Origin: Myxococcota bacterium
Lineage (GTDB): Bacteria > Myxococcota_A > UBA9160 > UBA6930
Direction: 5' to 3'
DNA: 64,000 nucleotides
Assembly: GCA_965223705.1 (NCBI GenBank)
Contig: OZ245015.1
Span: forward strand, 1,312,001 to 1,376,000
Made by a program: the position numbers and the translations under genes
In this document: one piece after another, positions 35,657 through 45,940 of the stretch
Position numbering within the stretch: position 1 is the stretch's first letter
How the letters are laid out: every line of letters begins with the position of its first letter
The notes under the pieces: generated by a model
Database searches by the model: none
Told to the model about the DNA's origin: nothing
Seen by the model: only the letters and a program-made list of their open reading frames with translations

Positions 35657-38600
35657 CAGAGACCTGCGATCCAGCGGCGGACCAGTTGGCGGAGCATCGC
35701 GAGGGCTTCCGGGGAACCCGCCACGAGGGCCTCGAAATCCGCTTCGGGGGGCAAGGTGCGTTCGGGTTGATCCTCGTCGCGCAAGAGCAGGGCGGACAGG
35801 GCATCCCGCAGCGAGACCCGGGATTCCCGCAGCGCGAGGGTGCCGGCCAAACCGCGCAGTTCGGCGCGCCACGCGGTGTAGTCGATCTCGGCCACGTGAT
35901 TGCCGTCCACGTCTTCGAGTACCCGCCGGATGCGCTTTCTCGCGCGTCGGCCGAGGTGAGCCGACAGCTCGTTCACCAGGTGTCCATCCCCGGTTACCGA
36001 TTCTTCTTCGAACGCCAGCTGTCGCAGGAGAACCAGCGCGGCGGAGAGTTCCGACACGGGAAGGGGAACCAGCGCCGGGGCCGACAGTTCGGCTTCGGCC
36101 GAGGTGACCGCCGCGCGGAAGCGCAACCGCGGAGAAGTGTCCTTCGAGTGGTCGAAATCGGGAGAGCCGGTGCCGAGCGCTTGGCCCAGCTCCTCGCTGG
36201 CTTCTCGAGCGGCCCTGCGAACCGCTTCCCAGACCGAGTCCTCGAGGACCGCCGGCTCGACTTCCGGGAGCCAGTTGCGGGGAGCCTCTTCGATCTCCTC
36301 GGGCGTGGCCGCTCCAAGGGCGCCGAGAATGGCGAGGCCGGTTCCGACCGAGCCCTCGAGCCCGCGCCGGCGTGCCATGCCGACGACTGCGCGCAGTGAC
36401 GCGACCCGGGCCGGATTCTGATTGAGGAGCTCGGCGTGCCGCTCCAAGGCTTCCTCCCACTCGTCGGGTCGGTGAGCGAGGAGTTCGGCCAGTGAAGCTC
36501 GCGCGCTGTCGAGGCTCGGGTCGCACGCGAGCGCCTCCCGATACATCTCGATCGCACGGTCGAGATCTTCGAGCGGCCCGGCCAATAGGCGTCCGAGGTG
36601 GTTCAGGACGGGGGCCAGCGCGCGTCGGTCCTCGCCGGGGAAGTTCTCGTAGAAATGCGTCAGCGCCTGAGCGGCGGAGCGCCATTCGCCGAGAGCGCGT
36701 AGCAACTTCGCCGCTTGCAGCGCGGCCGGGGCCCGCGCCGGGTCCGCCTCCATAGTGACGCGGAAGGCGTCAGCGGCCGCACCGCGTTCGCCTTGTTGCT
36801 CGAGCGCACAACCGCGGACCCAGGCGAGATCGGCGCGTCCCAGCGCGTCTCCGGTTGCATCCAGGCCCTGGGTCGCCACGTCCAGCGCGTCGTCGGAGCG
36901 CTGCTGTTCCCACAGCAACTGGGCGAGTCGCACCCAGGCTCCGCCTTGACTCGGGTCGGCCGCGACGGCTTCGCGAAGGAGGCTTTCTCCGGGTTCTTCT
37001 CGCTCGAGTCTGTCGAGTTCGAGCTCACCCGCGTGGAACAGTCGCGACGAGCGCTCCGAGGGATCCGCGGTTCGGTCCGCCCACTCGCGAAGCGTCGCGA
37101 TGGCCGCCTCGAAGTCTTCGGTCGCTTCGAGCAATCGAACGGTTCCAGCGAATGCGCCGTCCAAGCCCGGCTCGATTTCGAGCGCTTCGCGGAAGCAGCG
37201 CAGCGCTTGCTCGGGAGCGTCGGTCGCTTCGAGGCAACCACCGAGAAGCGCCAAGTGGGTGGCCCGCTCGGGATCTTCCTCGTCGAGCTCGAGCCGGCGC
37301 CGCAGCGCCCGTCCGGCTTCGGCGTGGTCGCCGAGTTCGACGAGAATTTCGCCGCGCGTGGCCAGGGCTTCCGCGTGGTCCGCATGGTGCTCGAGGGCCG
37401 TGCGGAACAGGCGCGCAGCGGCGTCGAGTTCACCGACGCGTCGGGCGGCCCGGCCGCCGATGAGCGCAGTCTCGAGTCGATCCGCCTCCGGAAAATCATC
37501 GTCCGGTCCCACCAGCGAAAGCGCGCGCTCGGCGTGCTCCATCGCTCTGCGGTCGCGCCCGAGGTGCGAGGAAACCTCGGCGAGGGCCGCGTGCCCGACG
37601 GAGCGCGCCGGATCGTTGGCGAGAGATTTCTCGAACAAGGTGAACGCGCGCTCCGGCTCGTGCTCTCGAACCAGTTCCGCGGCGTGATGGTTGCGTCGCG
37701 CCGCCTCGGCACCGGTCAGCCGGGCCGCACCGTTTTCGAGCGCCATCGCCGCGCCGGGAACATCTCCCAATCGTTCGCGCAGCGTCGCGAGCGCGTCCCA
37801 GGCGGCGACCAGGCTCGGACTGCATTCCGTAGCGCGTTCGGCGTGTCGCCTCGCCGATTCGAGATCGGACTGTTCTTCGAAGACGCGGGCGAGTCGCAGA
37901 TGATCTTCGGCATCCGGCTCCGAGTCGGGAGCATCGCACCAGGATTCGAAGACTTGGCAGAACCGGTCGTATCGACCCGCGTCGTGGTAGAGCTCGGCGA
38001 ATGCGCGCAATTCATCGCACGGAAGCGCGGCCACCGCGCTCGCCGCCTCATAGGCGCGCAGGGCGCGCTGGCCATCGTCGAGGCGATCGCGACACAGCGC
38101 GCCTGCGTGCAGCCAGATTTCCTGGCGCCGGTTGGGTTCGTTGTCGCCGAGAATCTCGATCTCGCTCTCGAACAGATCGTAGAGACCGCGCCAATCCTCC
38201 ATCGTCTCGAAGAGCTTCTGGAGAGAACGCAGGGCGCGCAGGTCGCTCGGGTCGGCTTCGAGAGCTGCAGCGAAAGCGCGACTCGCACGCGTCGTCGAAT
38301 CGAGATGGTGCCAGCAGATGTCGCCCTGGCGTCTGAACAGTGCGGCCAGTTGATTCGGTCCGCGTTCGTGGGGAAGGTCGATTTCCATTTGCAGCGTTGC
38401 CGCCGCTTCTTCCCACTGCCCCAATCGTTGCACGACGGCGCGGAGACCGCGGATCGCCGGCAGGCTCTCGGGATCATGCTCGAGGACCTTACGGAACGCC
38501 TCCGCCGCGGCAGCGGGCCGATGCAGCTGCTCGGCGCGCAGGCGACCGAGTTCGAGCCACAGCGCGGGTTCCGCGGGATGTCGTTCGAGGCGCAGGGCCA

Positions 38601-41600
38601 GTCGGCGTTCGAGCTCGACGTGGGACCGCAGGGCGCGGAGTGCGGAAAGGAGCTCGAGCTCGGCCTCTTCGACGATCGCTTCACCGGGTGTGCCATCCTC
38701 GAGCTCGTCGGCGGCGACGAGCGCGCGCCAGTGCGGCACCGCGGCGTCGAGTCGACCCAGCTCTCTCGCATACGAGCGCGCGAGGTCGCGGTGCAGTCCG
38801 TTGCGCCGTTCCGCGAACACCGGCTCTTCGGGATGTAGTGAACGCAGCTCTTCTTCGGCGACTCGAGCCCAGAGATCGGTTCGCCGGACGGCGCGGAAAA
38901 CCGATCCCAAGTGGCTCAGGATTTCGATTCGCTCGACCTGAGAGCCCTGATGCTCCGTGAGGGCGGCCCACAAGTGATTGATCGCACGCTCCGGGTTCGA
39001 GAGCGCGCCACTACACAGGGAGGCCAGGTCTTTGCGCAAGCCGGCGCGCTCGCCGGGGTCGGCTTCCTCGAGGAGCGCTTCGAGTGCGTCGGCGCGCGCG
39101 TCGGTGCGGCCGGTGACTTCATACAACCGCGCCAGACGACGTAGCACCTCGCGACCACGGGGATCCGTCTGCCGTGCGGCTTCGAGCGCGCCGATGGCAC
39201 GGCCCGGAGCGTTGAGTGCGCTCTCGTAGATTTCGGCCCGTGCGACCTGGAGCTCACAACGACGCTCGTCGCTGGGAGAAAGTGCGAGCTCCGCCTCATG
39301 CGCGCGCAACACCGCTTCCGGTCGATTCGCTCGTTCGTGGACCGCGGCGATCCGGGAGAGGACCAGCGCGTCCTCCGGGCGAGCCGCGCGCAATCGCTCG
39401 AGCCAAGCGAGGGTTTCGACATCGGTGAGATGTTCCTCGGCGATTCCCGCGGCTTCTTCGTAGTGACGCGCCCGCTCCTCGAGGGGTAGCGCCGCCGCCT
39501 CGCGTGCGACGCAGCGCAACACCCCTTCGTAATCGCCGACGCATTCGAGCGCCGATCGCAACGCGTGGTTCTTCGACAGGTCGCTCGGATCGATCTCTAG
39601 CGCCTGCTCGTAGCACGCGACCGCCTCGTCGAATCGCTCGAGCTCCATCAGCAGCTCGCCGCGTTCCGACAGTCGGTGGGCCCGCTGGGACGGGCTGCGC
39701 GTCAAGCTGAGCGATCGTTCGAGGAAGGCCAACCGCTCTTCCCGGCGGTCGAGGTGTCGGCACAGGGCCAGCGCCCGGTCGAGGGCCACCGGATGGTGGT
39801 TTTCGAGCTGGAGGACGCGTTGGATATGCACCAGCGCGTCTTCAGGGCGCGCGAGGGCACCCTCGAGCAGCGCCGCCAGCTCGAGCCTCACCGGAATTTC
39901 GTCCGGCCCGCCGATTTGCGAGAGCTCGGCTTCGAGCAAGTGCGCGAGCGGTTCGGGCTCGCCGAGTCGCCGGTAGATGTCGCGCAACGCGCTCTGGGCG
40001 CCGTGATCGTCGGGGCGGATCGACAGCACGTCGCGGTACGCCTCAGCCGCACCGGTGTCGTCGCCTTCGGCGCGTTTCGTATCGCCGAGCCGCAACAGCC
40101 AGTTTGCACGCTCGGAGGGGTGGCCGGCCTGCTCGGCGGCGCGGCTGGCGAGCTGCGCGAGCGCGTCGAGTCGATCGGTCCGGTGGTACAGGTCCGCCAG
40201 GGGTTCCGCGACGAGACCCAGCTGAGCTGAGGAGGACGCCACCGGTTCGAGCACGGCGATCGCCCCTTCCGGGTCGTCGAGAGGACCGGCGCGCAGAGCC
40301 GCGATCCGCAGCCGGAGGGAGGCTTCGGCTTCCCCGCCGCCGGCGGCGGCATCCGCGGTCAGCCGCTCGAGGCGCTCGGTGAGCAGCGCGGCGAGCGCGC
40401 CGTGTTCGCGATTCTCTTCGAGCTGCTCGACGAGGAATTCGGCGGCCGCCGCATCGGTGGGATCGAGGACGAGAATCCGTCGGTAGTGCGCGGCGGCGCG
40501 CGTGGGGTCCTGCATTTCCCGCAGGCACAGCTCCGCCGCGCGCGAACGCAGCACCAGCTCGCGCTGGCGGTCATCGCCGACGTGTTCGAGCTCCCCCTCG
40601 ATGCAGCCGAGGACTTTCTCGAAGTTGCTGTCTTCCTCAAAGAGGCGCGCCAAAGCTTGCCAGCGCCGCGGCTCGCTCGGATCGATGTCGACCGCGCGTT
40701 CCAGGTGCTCCTTCGCGGCCTCGCGGTCGTTCAACCGGTCGCGGCACAGATCCGCGAGCCGGTCGTGGCCGGCGGCGTCGCTCGACGCTCCGAGAATCCG
40801 TTCCTCGAGCCGTTCCCGCAGCGTCTGCCAGTCGCCGGTCTGTTCGAGCAGCCGATCGATTTGCGCCTCGGCCTGTCGCACGAGCTCGGTCGTACCCGAC
40901 GCGACGTCCTCGTAGATCGCGCGTGCTTGATCGAGCTCGCCCAGGGTGTCTTCGAGAATCGCAGCGCGCTCGAACTCAAGCCGGGCCGCGGCCTCGGGGT
41001 CGTCGGCTTCCGCGGCTCGCTTCTCGAGAACAGCGCACAGACCCGGTGAATCGCCCGCGGCTCGCAGCGCGCGCTCGAGTGTTTCCGTCAGGTGCGCGTC
41101 GTCGGGATCCGCGTCGTGAAGCGCGTGCAGCAGGGTCGCCGCGTCCGCCGGACGCCGGAGTTCGTCGAGGAGAAGTTCGGCGCGGCGACGATCGAGTTCG
41201 CGCCCGGTCGGATCATCGTCGGGCCGGGTCGCGCGGCGGCTCGCGAGTCGCTCGAGAAGTTCTTCAAAGTGCGCGTGTTCTTCGAGAAGAGCATCGAGGC
41301 GCGTCTCGATGTCGTCGTCCGACGGCCATTCCTCGGCAAGCGCGGACAGCACCGTGATGGCGACCTCGCCCTGGTCGAGGCGCGTCTGCAGTAGCTCCGC
41401 GAGTTCGAGTAGGCAGCTGCGTCGCGCATCGCCGTCGAGGTGTTCCGCCAGCTCGCGCCGCACATCGGCGAGTTCTTCCCAGCGCTCGGCGCCGGTGAGC
41501 AGGTGAAGCAGTTCGGCGAGGGCGGCCTTGTCCTCCGGATCCGCCGACAGCGCTCCCTGGTACGCGACGATGGCGCGGTCATCTTCTCCGGCGTCGCGGT

Positions 41601-43512
41601 AGAACGCGCCGAGGCGGCGGCGGTTCTCCGCTTGTTCGCCCCCGGTCAGAAGAACGTCGAGTCGCTCGAGGGTCTCGCGAACGTCGTCATCCCGGCCGAG
41701 CCTCTGCTGAAGCCTCGCGCGCGTCCTCAGGGCGTCGCGATCTTCCGGCGACGAGGCGACCTGGCGCTCCACCCAGGGCAACGCTTCCTCGAATCGTTCA
41801 TGCGATTCGTGAATCCGGACCAGCTCGCCGACGAGGAACGCGAGCCGATCGCGATCCGTCGTGACGCGGGCCTCTCGCTCGAAAGCCTCGACGATGCTGT
41901 CTTCGTCACCTGTCGCTGCGGCGACGCGCTCGAGGCCGCGAAGGGCGGCGGGATGCGAGGGCTCGGCGTCGAGCGCCGTCTCGAAGGCCTCTCGCGCCCC
42001 CTCCGCTTCGTCAAAGTGCTCGAAGAGGAGTTCTCCGAGCGAGACCCGCGCATCGATACGGCGGGACTCGGGCCCCCGCTCGCACACGGTTTCGAGAATC
42101 TCGCGAAGCTTCGACCAGGCGCCTTGGGCTCGGTAGTTCGATTCGAGAAAAGCGGCGGACCCGCCACGGCTCGGATCGATCTCGAACGCTCGTTCGTAAT
42201 CCGGGCGCGCCGCTTCGGGTCGACCGAGATCGTCGCTCTTGAGGGTCGCGAGCCGCAGAACCAGGGCGAGTTCGTCCTCATCGTCGGGTTCGAGCTGCTT
42301 CTTCTGCTCTTCGAGAACGAGGACCAGCTCGTTGTAGCGGCCCGCTTCTTCGAGTGCGTCGGCCAACGAGCTCCGGAGCTCGCGATTGCCCGGAGCGAGC
42401 CGCACGGCTTCTTGGAGCTGCTCTACGGCGGCGCCGGGATCGTCGCCCAGGAGCTCCGCCAGGCGCGCGCGATCGTCCGCCGGCAGAGCCTCGTCGCCCA
42501 GAGCGGCCGCGCGCTCGAGATAGCCGCGCTCGCGTTCTTCGTGCCCGGCGAGAGACTCGATGCTGGCCAACCGGAGGTAGACCTTCGGGTCGTCCGGGAG
42601 AAGCTCCCGCATTCGTTCGAACCACAGCCGTGCACCCTGCGGGTTGCGGAGCCGGGTGAGCTGCAGCTCGCCGGCTTCGCCCGCGATCGCCGCCCGCCGT
42701 TCGTTCGTCGGAGCGAGGAAGTAGCGGCGTTCGAACAAATCTCCTGCGAGTTCCCAATTCTCCTGGTCGATGGCGAGATAACAGAGGGCCTCGAGCGCGC
42801 TGTCGCAGCGCGCATCGTCGCTGAGCGCCCTCCGGAGGAGCTCTTCGGCTTGGTCGCTGTCGTCGAGCGGGCCGAGATACAGCCGCGCCAAGCCGCTCAA
42901 CGCTTCCGCGCGCTGCGTGCCCTGAAGGTTCTCGATCGCTTCGCGTCGGAGCGACGCGGCTTCCTCGAACCGCGAAAGTTCTTCCTGGACATCGGCGAGG
43001 CCGAGCTGGGCGCCGGCACAACGGGGGTCTGCTTCGAGGGCGCTTTCGTAGAGGGCGCGGGCCTTCTCGGGTTCCTCCAAGCGGTCCCGCCACAGATCTC
43101 CCATCTCGACGCAGAACACCGCTCGCTCGAACGGTGCCATCTCCGTTTGCTCTTCCAACTCAGCGACTTGGAGCGCGAGATCCCACGCGCCGCGCGAACT
43201 GTGGATCCGACGCAGCTGAGCCAGGGCAGGGCGGAATCCGGGGTCGAGGCGCACGACTTCCTCGTACACCGCGAGCGCGCGGTCGAGATCGTCGCATCGC
43301 TCTTCGAGAATCTGTCCCATGCGGAAGCGGAGCTTGCGGGTCCCCGCCGCGTCTTCGCGAAGGTCGTCGGCCGTGAGTCGGACCTCGTAGAGCGCGATCA
43401 GCTCGTGCCAATCCGCGTCGAGGAAGAGCCGCTCCTCCAGCGCCTCGAACGTGATGCGGTCGTTGGGATCGGCGCGGAAACGCTCGGCGGGCCCGTTCGG
43501 CTTTTCGGTCAC
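35656..43512 (-). CDS. Giant (about 2618 aa) tetratricopeptide-repeat protein
   Basis: GTG 43512 with GAGGGG SD; dozens of A..YE.AL..DP...AL..L TPR-like repeats over the whole length. Confidence 0.9.
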   Translation of the reverse strand: MTEKPNGPAERFRADPNDRITFEALEERLFLDADWHELIALYEVRLTADDLREDAAGTRKLRFRMGQILEERCDDLDRALAVYEEVVRLDPGFRPALAQLRRIHSSRGAWDLALQVAELEEQTEMAPFERAVFCVEMGDLWRDRLEEPEKARALYESALEADPRCAGAQLGLADVQEELSRFEEAASLRREAIENLQGTQRAEALSGLARLYLGPLDDSDQAEELLRRALSDDARCDSALEALCYLAIDQENWELAGDLFERRYFLAPTNERRAAIAGEAGELQLTRLRNPQGARLWFERMRELLPDDPKVYLRLASIESLAGHEERERGYLERAAALGDEALPADDRARLAELLGDDPGAAVEQLQEAVRLAPGNRELRSSLADALEEAGRYNELVLVLEEQKKQLEPDDEDELALVLRLATLKSDDLGRPEAARPDYERAFEIDPSRGGSAAFLESNYRAQGAWSKLREILETVCERGPESRRIDARVSLGELLFEHFDEAEGAREAFETALDAEPSHPAALRGLERVAAATGDEDSIVEAFEREARVTTDRDRLAFLVGELVRIHESHERFEEALPWVERQVASSPEDRDALRTRARLQQRLGRDDDVRETLERLDVLLTGGEQAENRRRLGAFYRDAGEDDRAIVAYQGALSADPEDKAALAELLHLLTGAERWEELADVRRELAEHLDGDARRSCLLELAELLQTRLDQGEVAITVLSALAEEWPSDDDIETRLDALLEEHAHFEELLERLASRRATRPDDDPTGRELDRRRAELLLDELRRPADAATLLHALHDADPDDAHLTETLERALRAAGDSPGLCAVLEKRAAEADDPEAAARLEFERAAILEDTLGELDQARAIYEDVASGTTELVRQAEAQIDRLLEQTGDWQTLRERLEERILGASSDAAGHDRLADLCRDRLNDREAAKEHLERAVDIDPSEPRRWQALARLFEEDSNFEKVLGCIEGELEHVGDDRQRELVLRSRAAELCLREMQDPTRAAAHYRRILVLDPTDAAAAEFLVEQLEENREHGALAALLTERLERLTADAAAGGGEAEASLRLRIAALRAGPLDDPEGAIAVLEPVASSSAQLGLVAEPLADLYHRTDRLDALAQLASRAAEQAGHPSERANWLLRLGDTKRAEGDDTGAAEAYRDVLSIRPDDHGAQSALRDIYRRLGEPEPLAHLLEAELSQIGGPDEIPVRLELAALLEGALARPEDALVHIQRVLQLENHHPVALDRALALCRHLDRREERLAFLERSLSLTRSPSQRAHRLSERGELLMELERFDEAVACYEQALEIDPSDLSKNHALRSALECVGDYEGVLRCVAREAAALPLEERARHYEEAAGIAEEHLTDVETLAWLERLRAARPEDALVLSRIAAVHERANRPEAVLRAHEAELALSPSDERRCELQVARAEIYESALNAPGRAIGALEAARQTDPRGREVLRRLARLYEVTGRTDARADALEALLEEADPGERAGLRKDLASLCSGALSNPERAINHLWAALTEHQGSQVERIEILSHLGSVFRAVRRTDLWARVAEEELRSLHPEEPVFAERRNGLHRDLARSYARELGRLDAAVPHWRALVAADELEDGTPGEAIVEEAELELLSALRALRSHVELERRLALRLERHPAEPALWLELGRLRAEQLHRPAAAAEAFRKVLEHDPESLPAIRGLRAVVQRLGQWEEAAATLQMEIDLPHERGPNQLAALFRRQGDICWHHLDSTTRASRAFAAALEADPSDLRALRSLQKLFETMEDWRGLYDLFESEIEILGDNEPNRRQEIWLHAGALCRDRLDDGQRALRAYEAASAVAALPCDELRAFAELYHDAGRYDRFCQVFESWCDAPDSEPDAEDHLRLARVFEEQSDLESARRHAERATECSPSLVAAWDALATLRERLGDVPGAAMALENGAARLTGAEAARRNHHAAELVREHEPERAFTLFEKSLANDPARSVGHAALAEVSSHLGRDRRAMEHAERALSLVGPDDDFPEADRLETALIGGRAARRVGELDAAARLFRTALEHHADHAEALATRGEILVELGDHAEAGRALRRRLELDEEDPERATHLALLGGCLEATDAPEQALRCFREALEIEPGLDGAFAGTVRLLEATEDFEAAIATLREWADRTADPSERSSRLFHAGELELDRLEREEPGESLLREAVAADPSQGGAWVRLAQLLWEQQRSDDALDVATQGLDATGDALGRADLAWVRGCALEQQGERGAAADAFRVTMEADPARAPAALQAAKLLRALGEWRSAAQALTHFYENFPGEDRRALAPVLNHLGRLLAGPLEDLDRAIEMYREALACDPSLDSARASLAELLAHRPDEWEEALERHAELLNQNPARVASLRAVVGMARRRGLEGSVGTGLAILGALGAATPEEIEEAPRNWLPEVEPAVLEDSVWEAVRRAAREASEELGQALGTGSPDFDHSKDTSPRLRFRAAVTSAEAELSAPALVPLPVSELSAALVLLRQLAFEEESVTGDGHLVNELSAHLGRRARKRIRRVLEDVDGNHVAEIDYTAWRAELRGLAGTLALRESRVSLRDALSALLLRDEDQPERTLPPEADFEALVAGSPEALAMLRQLVRRWIAGL

Positions 43513-43687
43513 AGATTTCCCCTCGGGGCGACGTCTTGTTCCCCCTTGAGAAATCGGCAGCTCGCCGTCCACTCTTGAACTGAATGCGCTTGCGGCTTGC
43601 GAAGCGTTGATGAATGGTTTCGGGGACTTACACGCGCGCTTGCCCGGGTCGACGATTCCCGTCCCGAGCGGGGGAAAACCCGTAGGT

Positions 43688-45940
43688 TTGACCGACAAGA
43701 AGACCGATCCCGCAGCGCTTTCGAGAGCCGAAGCCCGCCGGCGCCGCCGCGAGCTCTTTATGGCCGCGGCGCTCATCTTGGCGATCGCGACGCTGTTCGT
43801 CGTCGGCCGTCACGCGTCGGGCTTCTCCGAGGAACTCGCGTTCGGGGACAACCTCCTGTTCCTGTTCCTGAACGCGCTGAACGTCATCCTCGTCGTTCTG
43901 CTCGTCTACTTGATCGCGCGCAACTTTGTGAAGCTCGTGTTCGAGCGGCGCAAGGGAATTCTCGGATCGCACCTTAACCTCAAGTTTGTACTTGCTTTTT
44001 TCGTCGTCGCGACCATTCCGACGGCCGTCGTGTTCCTGGCGAGTTACTACCTCGTCACGGCCTCCATCGAGACCTGGTTCGGTCTCCAGGTCGATCGCGC
44101 ACTCGAGCGGAGCCGCGAGGTGGCCGACGCCTACTACGACGCGTACTCCGTCAACGCGCTCCACTACGGCGAGCAGATCGCGGCACAGATCCGTGCGGGG
44201 CGACTCCTGCGCGAAGGGCGCCAAGAAGTCCTCGCGGGCTTCGTCCAGGCGAAGCAGCGCGAGTACAACCTCGGGGTCGTCCAGATCTTCCCGTACGCGG
44301 AAGCCGAGCCGTTGGCCACGTTCGTCAATCCCGAGATTCCCGACGCCGCGTTTCTCCAACGCGAGAGTCCCATCGTGCGTTCGGCGCTCGAGGGCAGCGC
44401 GGGAACGGTCGTCGACGCGACGGGCACCGACGTGGGGGATGTCATTCGCGGGGCCGTCCCGATTTTTTCGTCGGACACCTCTCGCCCCGACGAGATCGTG
44501 GGCGCGGTGGTGGTCAACTACCTGGTCCCCCACGCGCTGGCCTACAAGGTGGAGGAGATCCGCGAAACCGTTGGGCAGTACCGAGAAGTGCAGCCCTACG
44601 CCGGCCACATCGCGTGGGTCTACCAGCTCGAGCTGTTGCTTTTCTCCCTGGTGATTCTGCTGTTCGCGATTTGGTGGGGCTTTCGGATGGCGCGCGGCGT
44701 GACGGGGCCGATCTCCGCACTCGCCGCCGGCACGGAAGAGGTCGCGCGGGGGAATCTCGATGTCGTGGTCGAAAAGACCTCAGACGACGAAGTGGGGCTC
44801 CTGGTGCGGTCGTTCAATCAGATGACCGGCGACTTGCGCGACGCCCTCGAGGGCCTCGAGCGTACGAACACCGAGCTCGAGCAACGCCGCCGCTACATGG
44901 AAATCGTGCTTCGGAATATCGGGGCCGGCGTGGTGTCGATCGATGCCGAGCGGCGCATCAGCACCATCAACCCGTTCGCACAGCGCCTGTTGGGGATCCC
45001 CGCCGGCGAAGGCGTCGTGGGTCGCAAGGTCGAAGATGTCCTCATCGAGCCCGACATGCTCGAGGTGGTCCAGAACTTGGCGCTCGAGACCCGCGCCGGC
45101 CTGCGCGAGAGCGCGCGCCAGCAGCTGCTGCTGCCCCGCGGAGAGGCCGTCTTGACGGTGCTTGTCACGTACACCGTTCTCCACGAAGACGGTCGCCCGA
45201 TCGGCGCGGTGGTCGTGCTCGACGACTACACGCAGGAAGTCCGCGCTCAGCGCATGGCCGCCTGGCGGGAGGTCGCGCGGCGGATCGCGCACGAGATCAA
45301 GAACCCGCTCACGCCGATCCAACTCTCAGCCCAGCGCTTGCGCAGGCGTTTCGCCGATCGGGTGAGCGGCGACCGTGAAGACGAGCGGGTCTTCGACGAA
45401 TGCGTCACGACCATTACGAGCCAGGTCGACAGCTTGAAGCTCTTGGTGAACGAGTTCTCGAACTTCGCCCGGCTGCCCACCGCGAAGCCGCGTCCCGGCG
45501 ACCTCAACGAACTCGTGCGCGAAGCGGCGGCGAGCTACGTCGACAGCGACGGTGTGAACTTCGAGCTCGATCTCGACGGCGACCTCCCCAGCGTCGATTT
45601 CGATCGGGAGCAGCTCGGGCGGGTGCTGACGAATTTGATCGAGAACGCAACGGCCGCCGTGCGGGAGGCCCCGGGGCAAGGGCTGATCTCGATCCGAACG
45701 CGCTACGACGCGCCGCTCCAGACGGTTCGCCTCGAAGTCGCCGACGACGGGCTCGGCATCAGCCCCGAAGACCGCGCGCGCATTTTCGAGCCCTATTACT
45801 CGACGAAGAGCCACGGGACGGGGCTCGGGTTGGCGATCGTCTCGCGCATCGTGGCTGATCACCACGGCTATATCCGTGTCCACGAGAACCAACCGCAGGG
45901 CGCGCGGTTCATCGTGGAGCTGCCTGTGAAGGTGACCTAG
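43688..45940 (+). CDS. ntrY: NtrY-like sensor histidine kinase (TM-HAMP-PAS-HisKA-HATPase); start uncertain
   Basis: AWREVARRIAHEIKNPLTPIQLSAQRL, VNEFSNFARLP, NLIENA, GTGLGLAIV. Confidence 0.88.
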   Translation: MTDKKTDPAALSRAEARRRRRELFMAAALILAIATLFVVGRHASGFSEELAFGDNLLFLFLNALNVILVVLLVYLIARNFVKLVFERRKGILGSHLNLKFVLAFFVVATIPTAVVFLASYYLVTASIETWFGLQVDRALERSREVADAYYDAYSVNALHYGEQIAAQIRAGRLLREGRQEVLAGFVQAKQREYNLGVVQIFPYAEAEPLATFVNPEIPDAAFLQRESPIVRSALEGSAGTVVDATGTDVGDVIRGAVPIFSSDTSRPDEIVGAVVVNYLVPHALAYKVEEIRETVGQYREVQPYAGHIAWVYQLELLLFSLVILLFAIWWGFRMARGVTGPISALAAGTEEVARGNLDVVVEKTSDDEVGLLVRSFNQMTGDLRDALEGLERTNTELEQRRRYMEIVLRNIGAGVVSIDAERRISTINPFAQRLLGIPAGEGVVGRKVEDVLIEPDMLEVVQNLALETRAGLRESARQQLLLPRGEAVLTVLVTYTVLHEDGRPIGAVVVLDDYTQEVRAQRMAAWREVARRIAHEIKNPLTPIQLSAQRLRRRFADRVSGDREDERVFDECVTTITSQVDSLKLLVNEFSNFARLPTAKPRPGDLNELVREAAASYVDSDGVNFELDLDGDLPSVDFDREQLGRVLTNLIENATAAVREAPGQGLISIRTRYDAPLQTVRLEVADDGLGISPEDRARIFEPYYSTKSHGTGLGLAIVSRIVADHHGYIRVHENQPQGARFIVELPVKVT

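Noticed and set aside
36715..43578. Long plus-strand ORFs (707 aa, 712 aa) opposite the giant TPR gene
   Set aside because: Antisense shadow ORFs typical of high-GC coding DNA; no recognisable motifs
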